64,000 nt of DNA, taken from positions 710,877 to 774,876 of the forward strand of contig JAQWMR010000016.1 of NCBI GenBank assembly GCA_029246685.1, in the 5' to 3' direction. A model generated the notes under the pieces. It did no database searches. It worked only from the letters and a program-made list of their open reading frames with translations, and had not been told where the DNA came from. Positions 19,523 through 28,772 of the stretch are shown one piece after another (the first letter of the stretch is position 1; each line of letters starts with the position of its first letter). Source of the DNA: Acidimicrobiales bacterium (GTDB taxonomy: Bacteria > Actinomycetota > Acidimicrobiia > Acidimicrobiales > Aldehydirespiratoraceae). Position numbers and translations under genes: made by a program.

Positions 19523-20998
19523 CTAGCCCAGGTTGGCCCAGACAGTCTTCGTTTGCAGGTAGGAGTCGAGCGACTCCTCACCGAGTTCACGGCCGTATCC
19601 GCTCATCTTGAATCCGCCGTATGGCGCGGCGACGTCGAACATTCCGTAGGTGTTCAGCCATACGGTGCCGGCTTGTAGGCCAGCGGCCACCCGGTGGGCA
19701 CGGCGCACATCGGTGGTCCAAACACCGGCCGCGAGACCGAACCGAACGTCGTTCGCCAATGACACAGCCTCGTCCTCATCCGTGAACGTCGAGATGGCGA
19801 GCACAGGTCCAAACACCTCGTCTTGCATCACGTTCATCGCCGGATTGACGTTGTTCATGACGGTGGGTCGCATGAAGTGGCCGTTGGCGAGCTCCCCGTC
19901 GGCTCGCTCGCCGCCCACGAGGATCTCGGCGCCCTGCGAACGCGCCGCGTCGACATGGCCGAGCACTCGAGCGAGTTGGACCCCCGACACGAGCGGGCCC
20001 ATCTCGGTGGCTTCGTCGAGGCCGCTCCCCAGCGTGACCGCCCGGGCTTTCTCCACGAGTCGGGCGGTGAGTTCGTCTGCGATGTCACGGTGAGCGAAGA
20101 GACGCGCACCGGCGATGCAGCACTGCCCCTGGTTGAAGAACACGGCGGCAAAGGACCCCTCGACCGCAGCCTCGAGATCTGCATCGGCAAATACGATGTT
20201 CGGCGACTTGCCCCCGAGTTCGAGCGTCACTCGCTTCAGGTTGCCCCGCGAGGCATCGAGGATCTTGCGCCCGGTTTCGTAGTCACCCGTGAACGAGACC
20301 TTGTCGACACCGGTGTGGGCCGACAAAGGCGCGCCTGCTCCGGGCCCATCGCCGGTCACAATGTTGACCACGCCGGGAGGGAAGCCCGCTTCGCCGATGA
20401 GTTCTCCCAGCCGAAGAGCGGAGAGAGGAGTCTGCTCGGCAGGCTTGAGCACGATGGTGTTGCCCGCGGCAAGTGCCGGCCCGAGCTTGTAGCCACACAT
20501 AAGAAGCGGGAAGTTCCAAGGGACGATCGCGCCGACGACGCCGAGCGGTTCACGCCGGGTGTAGGCGTGGAAGTCGGGTATCGACACGGGAAGCTCCCGC
20601 CCTTCGATCTTCGTGACCCAACCGGCGTAGTAACGAAATATCTCGGCAGTGAGAGGGATGTCGACGGCCATCGCGTCGCCGAGGGTCTTGCCGTTGTCCA
20701 GCACATCGAGCTGGGCGAGCTCGTCGGCGTGCTGCTCGATGAGGTCGCCGACGCGCCACATGAGCCTCGCTCGCTCGGCGGGCATGAGGGCCCGCCAGCC
20801 GTCGAGTGCGTCCCGTGCCGAGGCCACTGCCTCATCGACATCGTCGCTCGTCGACGAAGGGATCTCGGTGAGGATTTCCCCGGTCGCAGGGTTTTCGACA
20901 CTGATCCGCGCGCCCGAACGGCTCGCGGTCCACTCACCCCCGATCAGATTGAAGTGGTCGCGATCGATGAATCCGCGCACCTGCTCAAGAATTTCCAT
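19523..20998 (-). CDS. NAD(P)-dependent aldehyde dehydrogenase
   Basis: 491 aa; VTLELGGKSP, FFNQGQCCIAGAR (catalytic Cys), EVFGPV. Confidence 0.95.
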   Translation of the reverse strand: MEILEQVRGFIDRDHFNLIGGEWTASRSGARISVENPATGEILTEIPSSTSDDVDEAVASARDALDGWRALMPAERARLMWRVGDLIEQHADELAQLDVLDNGKTLGDAMAVDIPLTAEIFRYYAGWVTKIEGRELPVSIPDFHAYTRREPLGVVGAIVPWNFPLLMCGYKLGPALAAGNTIVLKPAEQTPLSALRLGELIGEAGFPPGVVNIVTGDGPGAGAPLSAHTGVDKVSFTGDYETGRKILDASRGNLKRVTLELGGKSPNIVFADADLEAAVEGSFAAVFFNQGQCCIAGARLFAHRDIADELTARLVEKARAVTLGSGLDEATEMGPLVSGVQLARVLGHVDAARSQGAEILVGGERADGELANGHFMRPTVMNNVNPAMNVMQDEVFGPVLAISTFTDEDEAVSLANDVRFGLAAGVWTTDVRRAHRVAAGLQAGTVWLNTYGMFDVAAPYGGFKMSGYGRELGEESLDSYLQTKTVWANLG

Positions 20999-21033
20999 GG
21001 CCGGGTCCTGTCTTTCATGGATCGTCGAGAGAT

Positions 21034-21056
21034 ATCTGAGATCTCACGTCTAAGAT
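21034..21056. promoter_or_regulatory. Two adjacent copies of the ATCT-N-AGAT box (ATCTGAGAT 21034-21042; GTCTAAGAT 21048-21056) upstream of the ALDH gene
   Basis: Read directly. Lies in the 91-nt gap between the TenA-like gene and the ALDH gene; A/T-rich in GC-rich DNA. Confidence 0.55.
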
Positions 21057-21089
21057 TTAAGAGTAGCTCGACCGCTGGGATCGTGCCTG

Positions 21090-21767
21090 CTAGTCGTCTG
21101 GCCACTGCTCGAATGTGTAAGCCATGTTCCAGAAGGCGCTCTCATAGCGAGCCCCGGCGAGGAATCGTCGCTCGAGACGGGCCGCTTCGGTGTTCGTCAC
21201 CTCGCCGATGATCCCGTCGAACTCCGCGAGAAGAGAATCGACATACTCGATGTAGTCCTCATCGCCAAAGAACGACAGCCATTCGGAGTAGACGGGGTGG
21301 GGGGCACAATTCTGGTGGCGCGTCGCCATGTCTCCATAGCTCCATGCGCACGGCAGCATCGCCGCCATTGTCTCGGCGCTGCTGCCGGTGGCTGCGACCG
21401 CGAGGAGATAATTCGTGTAGGCAAAGCAGGTCGGCGATGGTTCCACCGACCCCGACTGGTCCTCCGCTCCGAGAGCGACGATGCGATCGAGCAGCCGACG
21501 GTTCGTCTCGATCTCGACATCAACGATCTGATGAACCGAACGGGCAAAGCGGGTGACTTCGGCCGGACTGTTCGAACGGGCCAGCCCGAAACCGAGCACC
21601 TTCGCGTACTGAGGGAGGTAGAAGAGATTTTGTTCCACGTAGAAACGGAACTTCTCGACCGAAAGACTCCCGTCTGCCATCTCTGTGACAAACGGATTCG
21701 AGATCAGGGCATCCCAGGTGGGTTGGCTCGAGGCCCGTAGCCGCTCCGTCAAGCTGGTACTCATCAC
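21090..21767 (-). CDS. TenA/thiaminase-II / haem-oxygenase-like fold protein
   Basis: 225 aa. NPFVTEMADGSLSVEKFRFYVEQNLFYLPQYAKV and the C-terminal ESAFWNMAY fit the TenA/PqqC family. Confidence 0.75.
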   Translation of the reverse strand: MMSTSLTERLRASSQPTWDALISNPFVTEMADGSLSVEKFRFYVEQNLFYLPQYAKVLGFGLARSNSPAEVTRFARSVHQIVDVEIETNRRLLDRIVALGAEDQSGSVEPSPTCFAYTNYLLAVAATGSSAETMAAMLPCAWSYGDMATRHQNCAPHPVYSEWLSFFGDEDYIEYVDSLLAEFDGIIGEVTNTEAARLERRFLAGARYESAFWNMAYTFEQWPDD

Positions 21768-21789
21768 TGTCTTCCCCGTCGCATCATCT

Positions 21790-22872
21790 CTAGTCGAACA
21801 TGATCACGCTGCGGGCGGCTTCGCCCTTCTTCAGCGCCTCCATCGCTTCGCCGACCCGGTCCAACTCGATTCGCTCCGTGATCAAGGAATCAAGATCGAG
21901 TCGACCGTCAAAATAGAAGTCCACGAACCGAGGCGCGTCGATTCGGAACTGATTGCTTCCCATGCAGGATCCCTGGATCCGCTTCTCGGCCAAGAAATCG
22001 ACTCCCGGAAGTTCGACGGTCTCGCCCAGAGCGATCATGCCGATGATTGTCGCGGTGCCACCAGCCCGCAGCATTCCGAAGGCCTGTGACGGGGTCGTCG
22101 CTCGCCCGATCGCGTCGAACGCGTGGTGAACTCCGCCGGACGTGAGCTCGAGGACTATTTCGACCGGATCGACATCTGATGCGTCGATCGCGTCGGTTGC
22201 GCCCATGAATTTCGCCAATTCCAACTTCGACGCCACCACATCGATCGCGATGATCCGACCTGCCCCGGCGATTCGAGCCCCTTGGATCGCGCTGAGGCCC
22301 ACACCGCCACAACCGATGACCGCCACGGTCTCGCCCGGAGCGACCGCCGCAGTACGAAACACCGCGCCGAGCCCGGTGGTCACCGCGCAGCCGACCAGCG
22401 CGGCCCGATCGAGCGGCATCTCCGGGTTCACCTTCACCAACGCGTGCTCGTGCACCAACAACTGCTCGGCGAACGAGGAGACGTCGGCGTATTGGTGGAC
22501 AGTCTCGCCGTCCTGGGAAAGGCGCGGCGGCGCGCCGGCTGGCCGCATCGTGTCCTCGTGGGGGCACAACGCCATTCGGCCGCTGAGGCAGTACTCGCAA
22601 TGGCCACAGAACACCGACAGCGAGCTGATGACATGGTCGCCTGGCGAGACATACGAGACGGCCTCGCCGACCGCTTCGACCACGCCGGCCGACTCATGGC
22701 CCATGACTGTTGGGATCAGTGTGTCGTAGGCGCCGGTCAGATAGTGGAGGTCGCTGTGGCACACGCCAGCCGCAACAGTTCTCACCAACACCTCGCGCGG
22801 TCCTGGGTTGTCGATCTGGACGTCTTCGATCGTGAGTTCTCCAGGAATGGAGCGCAACACTGCGGCCTTCAT
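21790..22872 (-). CDS. Zinc-dependent alcohol dehydrogenase (MDR family)
   Basis: 360 aa; GVCHSDLH, GHESAGVVEAVG, CGHCEYC structural zinc site, VIGCGGVGLS Rossmann. Confidence 0.9.
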   Translation of the reverse strand: MKAAVLRSIPGELTIEDVQIDNPGPREVLVRTVAAGVCHSDLHYLTGAYDTLIPTVMGHESAGVVEAVGEAVSYVSPGDHVISSLSVFCGHCEYCLSGRMALCPHEDTMRPAGAPPRLSQDGETVHQYADVSSFAEQLLVHEHALVKVNPEMPLDRAALVGCAVTTGLGAVFRTAAVAPGETVAVIGCGGVGLSAIQGARIAGAGRIIAIDVVASKLELAKFMGATDAIDASDVDPVEIVLELTSGGVHHAFDAIGRATTPSQAFGMLRAGGTATIIGMIALGETVELPGVDFLAEKRIQGSCMGSNQFRIDAPRFVDFYFDGRLDLDSLITERIELDRVGEAMEALKKGEAARSVIMFD

Positions 22873-22876
22873 CTGA

Positions 22877-23734
22877 TCATTCTCCTGGTGCTTCTTCGGC
22901 GAGATCGCCGACCGATATCGACTGGGCGCTCATCAGCGGACGATCCCGAAGTTCCGCGACGATCTCGGCGATCTCAGCGCCACCGGCCTCGAACATGGCG
23001 CGACCGAGTTCGACGGTCGCCTCCCTGGGGTCGCCTCGCACACCGTTGCGCGACCAGCCACTCCACGGTTCGGTGACCCGGATTGGCTTCTTGTATTCGG
23101 CCCTGGGAGCGCGGCCCAGAAGGTCGCGCCAGACGTGAGGTGATGTAGGAAACTCGTCGCCGGTCACGAGCCGATCCATACGGATCAGCTCCGGCGCAGC
23201 GGCGAGCATGAGCGAGGTCTCGAACGCGCACGCATGACTGGCGACCGATTCGGGCCCCTGATCGACAGCAACCTTGCACACGTCGCCGAGCTCCCACCAG
23301 GAGACATAAGCGAACAAGTGGCCCGGGTGACGAAAGAGTGCCTCTCGCGACGCGAGGTCGAGTGGTGCACCGTTCGATCCGTGCGCGTTCACAGCGAGGA
23401 TTCGGCGAAAACCTGATCGAGCGAGTGAGGCGTAGACCTCGGTCAGGACGTCTATGAAGACTTTTGTCGTGTGGTAGATGGCGCCCGGGAAGTCGGCCAG
23501 ATGCTGGCTCAACCCGAAGGCCACGGTCGGCGCGACGATCGCGGTACCTGGCTCGCAGCATCCGACCGCCGCTGACACGAATCCCTCGGCAATGCGGTTG
23601 TCGGTATCGAGGGGCAGGTGAGGCCCATGTTGTTCGATCGTGCCTACGGGGACGATGACGACCGGATCCTCCGCCGCCAGCGCGGCAACTTCCGGCCAAG
23701 TCAGCTCCGCGAGCTGCGTCGAGACTCGGTTCAC
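22877..23734 (-). CDS. Creatininase-family amidohydrolase
   Basis: 285 aa; VPVGTIEQHGPHLPLDTD and AVNAHGSN motifs typical of the creatinine amidohydrolase / MftE-like family. Confidence 0.85.
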   Translation of the reverse strand: MNRVSTQLAELTWPEVAALAAEDPVVIVPVGTIEQHGPHLPLDTDNRIAEGFVSAAVGCCEPGTAIVAPTVAFGLSQHLADFPGAIYHTTKVFIDVLTEVYASLARSGFRRILAVNAHGSNGAPLDLASREALFRHPGHLFAYVSWWELGDVCKVAVDQGPESVASHACAFETSLMLAAAPELIRMDRLVTGDEFPTSPHVWRDLLGRAPRAEYKKPIRVTEPWSGWSRNGVRGDPREATVELGRAMFEAGGAEIAEIVAELRDRPLMSAQSISVGDLAEEAPGE

Positions 23735-24663
23735 GACGGATCAGTCTGGGGCAACTCGATGGCGACCCCGAGAACGGCGAAGCGTTGGCGGATCTCCGAG
23801 AGGGCCGACTCGAAGACTGCCACCTGATCGTCTGGCAGCACTCCGCCGAGTCCTGCGCTCGCGGCCGCCGTATGCGCCTCGAGTAGCTCGCGTCGGTCAG
23901 TTCCCTCAGGGAGTTGGGTCGGGACCTGCCTACCTCGCGATTCCTCTTCGGAGAGCACCGACGAGACACCCTCAGCGATGGCTGCTCGTTGGACATCGGT
24001 CATGTCGGGCACGACATCGGCGAAGTATTGCCAGGCGACGGCGAGCATTCGAGACTTGTCGCGGACGACGAACCCGATCAGCGAGGCGAGCGCCGGACTG
24101 GCTGACGACGCCGCGGCCTGCCACATCCCGAAATCCACCCGCGCCTGCGCAATCAGATGCGCGGCAATGTAGGTGTCGATATCGGAATACTCGTGCAATG
24201 CCCGCCGAACCAACTCATTGTCGAGTAGCGCCGCGAGCTCCGGCGTCGACGGTGATGACCGATAGTTGCCCAGTCGAGTTGCGAGCAGATGAGCGAGATC
24301 GGTGGAGCGGGCGCGTTCGACAGCGCGCATGCTCAGGCAGTACTTCATGTCGGCGCTGATCCCCGGCTCGAGGCAGACTCGGACCAGGACAGCCTCGGAC
24401 TCCGCGATTGCGGTGAAGTCGACCCAAGCCCGGTGGCTCCATACGAGCCCGCCGGCGCGACGATCCGTCTCACTGTGTGCGCCAGGTTCGAATCCGTCCC
24501 AGAGGGCGTCGTCTTCGGGATCCCAGGTCTCTCGCAGCGCTAGTTCATAGGCGTCCCAGATCGGCGCTTGGCTCGCGGTGAGGTCCAGCGGGAAGCGGTG
24601 CTCCGTGCCCAGTTGAAATGGCTGTTCGCGATCGAGGGACTGAGCGTCGCTCTTGCTTAGCAT
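23731..24663 (-). CDS. Ferritin-like protein, ligand-deficient paralogue of the upstream di-iron protein (putative beta subunit)
   Basis: 310 aa. Alignable by eye with 24692..25642 (WSHRAWVDFTAIAESEAVLVRV vs WSRRAWSEYGAIAESPAMLLRF), but the ExxH boxes read AVERAR and RDKSRM. The start overlaps the creatininase gene by 4 nt. Confidence 0.6.
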   Translation of the reverse strand: MLSKSDAQSLDREQPFQLGTEHRFPLDLTASQAPIWDAYELALRETWDPEDDALWDGFEPGAHSETDRRAGGLVWSHRAWVDFTAIAESEAVLVRVCLEPGISADMKYCLSMRAVERARSTDLAHLLATRLGNYRSSPSTPELAALLDNELVRRALHEYSDIDTYIAAHLIAQARVDFGMWQAAASSASPALASLIGFVVRDKSRMLAVAWQYFADVVPDMTDVQRAAIAEGVSSVLSEEESRGRQVPTQLPEGTDRRELLEAHTAAASAGLGGVLPDDQVAVFESALSEIRQRFAVLGVAIELPQTDPS

Positions 24664-24691
24664 CGTGGCTCCAGTACTCGTGGGTACACGA

Positions 24692-25642
24692 TCAGAAACG
24701 TCCCATGCCGGTGTGTTCGAACTCTGGCAATTCGACGCCCCAGGACCTCATCCGCGCACGGATACCGGCCACGGACTTGACCAGTACTGGCATCTCGACT
24801 TCCTCGACCGTGGCACCAAGTCCGGCCTCGTAGACGAGTCGATCAGACTCGATCTCCGAGACGTCGGGGAACGGTGAGAGCCAGGTCGAGTGATAGCCCT
24901 TCAGCTCGACGTCCTCGATCATCCACACAACCTTGTCGCGAACCACGACGAGCTCGGCCGCGGACATGTGCGGGGCTCGATAGTCCATGTAGTACCACCC
25001 GAAATCACAGTGCCGGACCTCGTCCCGAAAGATCAGCTGCAAGATCTGCTTTGCGACCGGATCGGTTGTCGTCTTGATCAGCGCCCGAAACACATCGAAT
25101 GCGATGACTTCTGCGCAACAGATGAGCGAGGCAATGAGGGCTTCGAGCGGAGTGTCGGCATCGAAGCTCATGCCCCGGACACCATGCGTCGCCACGGAGC
25201 CGGCGAGATCCTGGCTGACCGGCTCAGACATGTAGCCCCCGAGGGCGTCGGCCATGCGGCGACAGACGTCGGCGTGGCGAACCTCCTCCTGGGTGCGGAT
25301 CGTCCAGAAGAGCGAGAGGTCCACCTCGCGGCGCTCCTTAGTGAAACGCAGGAGCATCGCCGGGCTCTCCGCAATTGCGCCGTACTCGCTCCATGCTCGA
25401 CGCGACCAATATTGACGCGCCGCAAACAGCTCCTCTGTGGTGTAGCGCGAAAGATCCAGTTTCTCCCAGGCGATGTCGGTGGCCGGATTCCACTCGGACC
25501 GCTTAGCTTTACGGTACAGATCCCGGATCTCCGGGACCCCCTCGTCGAGTGTGAGCGGGAAATGCTGGTCGGCGATGTCGAGCACGCCGTGTGGCCGCCC
25601 GGTACCGATCGGTGCCTTGTTGTATCCCACGAGCGTCCCCAT
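24692..25642 (-). CDS. Ferritin-like di-iron carboxylate oxygenase-like protein (AurF-like, tentative), putative alpha subunit
   Basis: Two ExxH boxes (TQEEVRH and FRDEVRH) plus single Glu candidates (AIAES, CAEVIA). I start it at ATG 25642 (MGTLVGYNK). The track start 25696 (TTG) adds 18 codons rich in A/T-ending codons that contain a 19-bp perfect palindrome. Confidence 0.7.
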   Translation of the reverse strand: MGTLVGYNKAPIGTGRPHGVLDIADQHFPLTLDEGVPEIRDLYRKAKRSEWNPATDIAWEKLDLSRYTTEELFAARQYWSRRAWSEYGAIAESPAMLLRFTKERREVDLSLFWTIRTQEEVRHADVCRRMADALGGYMSEPVSQDLAGSVATHGVRGMSFDADTPLEALIASLICCAEVIAFDVFRALIKTTTDPVAKQILQLIFRDEVRHCDFGWYYMDYRAPHMSAAELVVVRDKVVWMIEDVELKGYHSTWLSPFPDVSEIESDRLVYEAGLGATVEEVEMPVLVKSVAGIRARMRSWGVELPEFEHTGMGRF

Positions 25643-25648
25643 CCGCTG

Positions 25649-25667
25649 CCAAGATCTCAGATCTTGG
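25649..25667. promoter_or_regulatory. Perfect 19-bp palindrome CCAAGATCTCAGATCTTGG (contains ATCTCAGAT)
   Basis: Read directly. Lies just upstream of the preferred start of the di-iron gene. Confidence 0.6.
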
Positions 25668-25743
25668 ATTTTAGTGGTCATCCTCGGCCGTGGCAAGCAC
25701 GCGATCTAGAGGCCCGCAGCGTAGCGATGACGAACACGGTATC

Positions 25744-25759
25744 GTCTGAGATCTGAGAT
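25744..25759. promoter_or_regulatory. Tandem TCTGAGA heptads (GTCTGAGATCTGAGAT); the reverse complement fits ATCT-N-AGAT-NN-CAGAC
   Basis: Read directly. Lies in the divergent gap between the di-iron operon and the M29/alkylsulfatase operon. Confidence 0.6.
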
Positions 25760-25764
25760 CCTGG

Positions 25765-26862
25765 ATGACGGAGTTCCATCAACGGGTCGTACCGAGAACC
25801 CACATGGAAGAGAACAGGGTGACCCCGCTGAATACCACCCCGGAGGCCGACGAATCAGCCGAACAACCGCGGTCGCCTCGGCTCGAGGTGCAGGCCGCGC
25901 TGGAGAATGTGTTGGTGCGGTGCCTGGCGGTGCGGCCGGGCGAGAGTGTGGTCATCCTCGTCGACTCCGACACCGATACCCGTGTGCTGAACCTTTTGCG
26001 CGGCGGTCTCACGAGCCGTGGGTGCACTCCGGTTGTTGTGGAGATGGCGCCCTTCGTGATCCCCGGCTCCGAGGTATCCCCAGCCGTCGCCGCGACTATG
26101 CGCCAGTGCGATGCCGTGATCGAGCTGACGTCGATCTTCATCGGCTCAAACCAGGCACGTCGCGACGCCAACGCCGAAGGCGTCCGGTACCTGGCAATGC
26201 CGGGCGTCCAACTCGACACTTTCCGCGCCGACGGACCCCTCGGCGTCGACTTCGACGAGCTGCGAGTCGCGGCCGACCAGGTTGGAGAACTCTGGACTGG
26301 GGCATCGACATTTCACCTCACGACTCCCGCAGGTACCGATCTTCACGGCTCGGTCGTGGGTCGACCGGGGCGAGTCCTCCACGGCATCTGTCGCGCCCCT
26401 GGCTCCTACATGGCGCCGCCCGACATCGAGGCCGGCACCGCGCCGATCGAAGGCAGTACGCATGGGATAGCCGTCATCGACGCCGACCTGCTGTTCATGG
26501 GCGTCGGGCCGCTGACGGATCCGGTCGCGCTCACCTTCGAAGAGGGTCGGTTGCTGAAGGTGGAAGGGCCCGAGAGTGACCGTCTGACCGCCATGATCGA
26601 GAGATGCAACGACGAACGTATGACCAACCTCGCCGAGGTGTCGCTCGGACTGAACCCGGCCGGGCACGTCTGTGCGGTTGCCATGGAGACCGAGTCCACG
26701 CTGGGAACGGCCCACATAGCGCTTGGCAACTCGATCGCCTACGGGGGCATCGTTTCGGCAGTCGCCCATCTCGACTGCGTAATGCGTGATGCCACGCTGA
26801 CGCTCGACGCGGTTCCCGTTCCCGCAGTCGAGATCATGTCGCACGCCGGAGACGTGAGCTGA
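25765..26862 (+). CDS. M29-family aminopeptidase-like protein (AmpS / NicX 2,5-dihydroxypyridine dioxygenase-like)
   Basis: 365 aa. The overall pattern (..GESVVILVDSDTD.., ..EVSLGLNP.., ..TLGTAHIALGNS..) fits the thermophilic metalloprotease M29 fold. An alternative start at 25804 is possible. Confidence 0.7.
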   Translation: MTEFHQRVVPRTHMEENRVTPLNTTPEADESAEQPRSPRLEVQAALENVLVRCLAVRPGESVVILVDSDTDTRVLNLLRGGLTSRGCTPVVVEMAPFVIPGSEVSPAVAATMRQCDAVIELTSIFIGSNQARRDANAEGVRYLAMPGVQLDTFRADGPLGVDFDELRVAADQVGELWTGASTFHLTTPAGTDLHGSVVGRPGRVLHGICRAPGSYMAPPDIEAGTAPIEGSTHGIAVIDADLLFMGVGPLTDPVALTFEEGRLLKVEGPESDRLTAMIERCNDERMTNLAEVSLGLNPAGHVCAVAMETESTLGTAHIALGNSIAYGGIVSAVAHLDCVMRDATLTLDAVPVPAVEIMSHAGDVS

Positions 26863-28766
26863 TGTCGAGCGTCCCCCCCGGCGACGCAACGGCGATCACT
26901 CGGGCCGCGCAGAGTGCAGTTGCCTCCTTGCTCCCGCTTGAGGACAAGGCAGATTTCGAGCGTGCCGCTCGGGGCCGAATCGATAATCGCGACCTTCCGG
27001 TCATACCTCACGAGGATCACGACCGTCCCGTGTGGGACATGACGCAATACCGCTTTCTCGACGGGGAAGTGCCAGCGACCGTGAACCCCAGCCTGTGGCG
27101 CCAGGCTCGTCTGAACATGAACCAAGGACTCTTCAAGGTCGCGGACGACGTCTACCAAGTCCGGGGATACGACATTGCCAACATCACCTTCGTGCGAGGC
27201 ACGACTGGCTGGATCGTCATCGATCCGCTGAGTGCCACCGAAACGGCCCGGGCCGCCAAGACGCTCGTCGATAATCACCTCGGCATTCGCCCCGTACGCG
27301 CGGTGATCTACACCCACAGTCACGGCGACCACTTCGCGGGGGTTCTGGGGGTGGCGTCGCGTGCCGATGTCGCCGAGGGTCATATCCCGGTGATCGCTCC
27401 CGACGGCTTCCTGGAGGCAGCCGTCGTCGAGAACGTGATCGCCGGCAACGCGATGATCCGCCGCTCTGGGTACATGTACGGCACTGAACTCCCAAGGGGC
27501 CCCCGGGGCCAGGTTGATGCGGGCATCGGCAAAGGCGACCCGGAAGGCTCGGTTGCGCTCGTGGCCCCCACCGACCTGATACGACACACGGGCGAGCAGC
27601 GCACCCTCGACGGCGTCACGATCACGTTCCAGATGACCCCGGGCACCGAGGCGCCCGCGGAGATGAACTTCTTCATCCCCGAGATGCGGGCCCTGTGCAT
27701 GGCGGAGAACTGCACCAGCGTCATGCACAACCTCTACACCCTCCGTGGCGCCGAGATCCGCGACGGACTGGCATGGAGCAAGTACATCGACGAGTCCATC
27801 GAACTGTTCGCGGCGGAGTCCGACGTCGTCTTCTCGACCCACAACTGGCCTCGGTTCGGGGCCGACGACGTGCGCGACTATCTCGAGAAGCAACGCGACC
27901 TCTACCGCTTCATCCACGACCAGACGATTCGAATGGCGAATCGTGGCATGACCATGGATGAGATCGCCGAGCAGCTCCGACTGCCGCCGAACCTCGACCG
28001 CGAGTTCGCCAATCGCGGCTACTACGGGACGCTCCAACACAATGCCAAGGCCGTGTATCAGCGCTACCTGGGTTGGTTCGACGGGAATCCGGCCAATCTC
28101 GATCGGCTTCCTCCGGAGAAGGCCGCGCAACGCTACGTGGAGGCGATGGGAGGCGCCGCGGCCGTGCTGCGACGGGCGAGCGCCGAGTACGAAGCCGGTG
28201 AATACCGGTGGGTGGCCGAGGTGGTCGGCCACGTCGTCTTCTCCGAGCCGGACAACACCGCGGCGCGCCAACTTCAGGCCGACGCGTTCGAGCAGCTCGG
28301 TTACCAGGCCGAATCGGCGACGTGGCGAAACGTGTATCTGATGGGGGCCATGGAACTCCGCGACGGGATCCAGATGATCGAGGGCGCCCGATCGGCCTAT
28401 CCGATCGATGTGGTCGCGGCCATGACCGTGCCGAACATCTTCGACTCGTTCGGCGTCCGCCTCGACGGTCTCCGCGCCGCCATATCCAAGCTGAGCATGG
28501 CATGGCGCTTCCGCGATTCCGGAGAGGAGTGGACCCTAAGAGTCGAGAACGGCGCCCTGCACTACCGCACTGGCATCGACGAGTCCTCTTTTGTCACGGT
28601 GGACCTCACCCGTTCGGCTCTCGACCGGATCGCCGCCGGCGTGTCGACGATCGATGAGGAGACGGCGGGCAGCGAGTTCTCCGTGAGCGGCGACCTCATC
28701 GTCCTGCGACGATTCGGGTCGTTGCTCGAATCGGTTGATCGCTACTTCCCCATCGTCACCCCATGA
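26862..28766 (+). CDS. Alkyl/aryl-sulfatase, metallo-beta-lactamase fold with SCP2-like C-terminus (SdsA1/BDS1-like)
   Basis: 634 aa; YTHSHGDHFAG zinc motif and a dimerisation plus SCP2-like C-terminal region. The ATG overlaps the previous stop (TGATG). Confidence 0.85.
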   Translation: MSSVPPGDATAITRAAQSAVASLLPLEDKADFERAARGRIDNRDLPVIPHEDHDRPVWDMTQYRFLDGEVPATVNPSLWRQARLNMNQGLFKVADDVYQVRGYDIANITFVRGTTGWIVIDPLSATETARAAKTLVDNHLGIRPVRAVIYTHSHGDHFAGVLGVASRADVAEGHIPVIAPDGFLEAAVVENVIAGNAMIRRSGYMYGTELPRGPRGQVDAGIGKGDPEGSVALVAPTDLIRHTGEQRTLDGVTITFQMTPGTEAPAEMNFFIPEMRALCMAENCTSVMHNLYTLRGAEIRDGLAWSKYIDESIELFAAESDVVFSTHNWPRFGADDVRDYLEKQRDLYRFIHDQTIRMANRGMTMDEIAEQLRLPPNLDREFANRGYYGTLQHNAKAVYQRYLGWFDGNPANLDRLPPEKAAQRYVEAMGGAAAVLRRASAEYEAGEYRWVAEVVGHVVFSEPDNTAARQLQADAFEQLGYQAESATWRNVYLMGAMELRDGIQMIEGARSAYPIDVVAAMTVPNIFDSFGVRLDGLRAAISKLSMAWRFRDSGEEWTLRVENGALHYRTGIDESSFVTVDLTRSALDRIAAGVSTIDEETAGSEFSVSGDLIVLRRFGSLLESVDRYFPIVTP

Positions 28767-28772
28767 GCCACC

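Noticed and set aside
25744-25759. The CTGAGA strings suggested a TPP (THI-box) riboswitch near the ThiB-like and TenA-like genes.
   Set aside because: None of the other conserved THI-box segments (for example the ACCTGATCYGGNTAATRCC region) is present upstream of 25765, 40731 or 21767. The CTGAGA strings are part of DNA palindromes repeated at several promoters, which fits a protein operator better.
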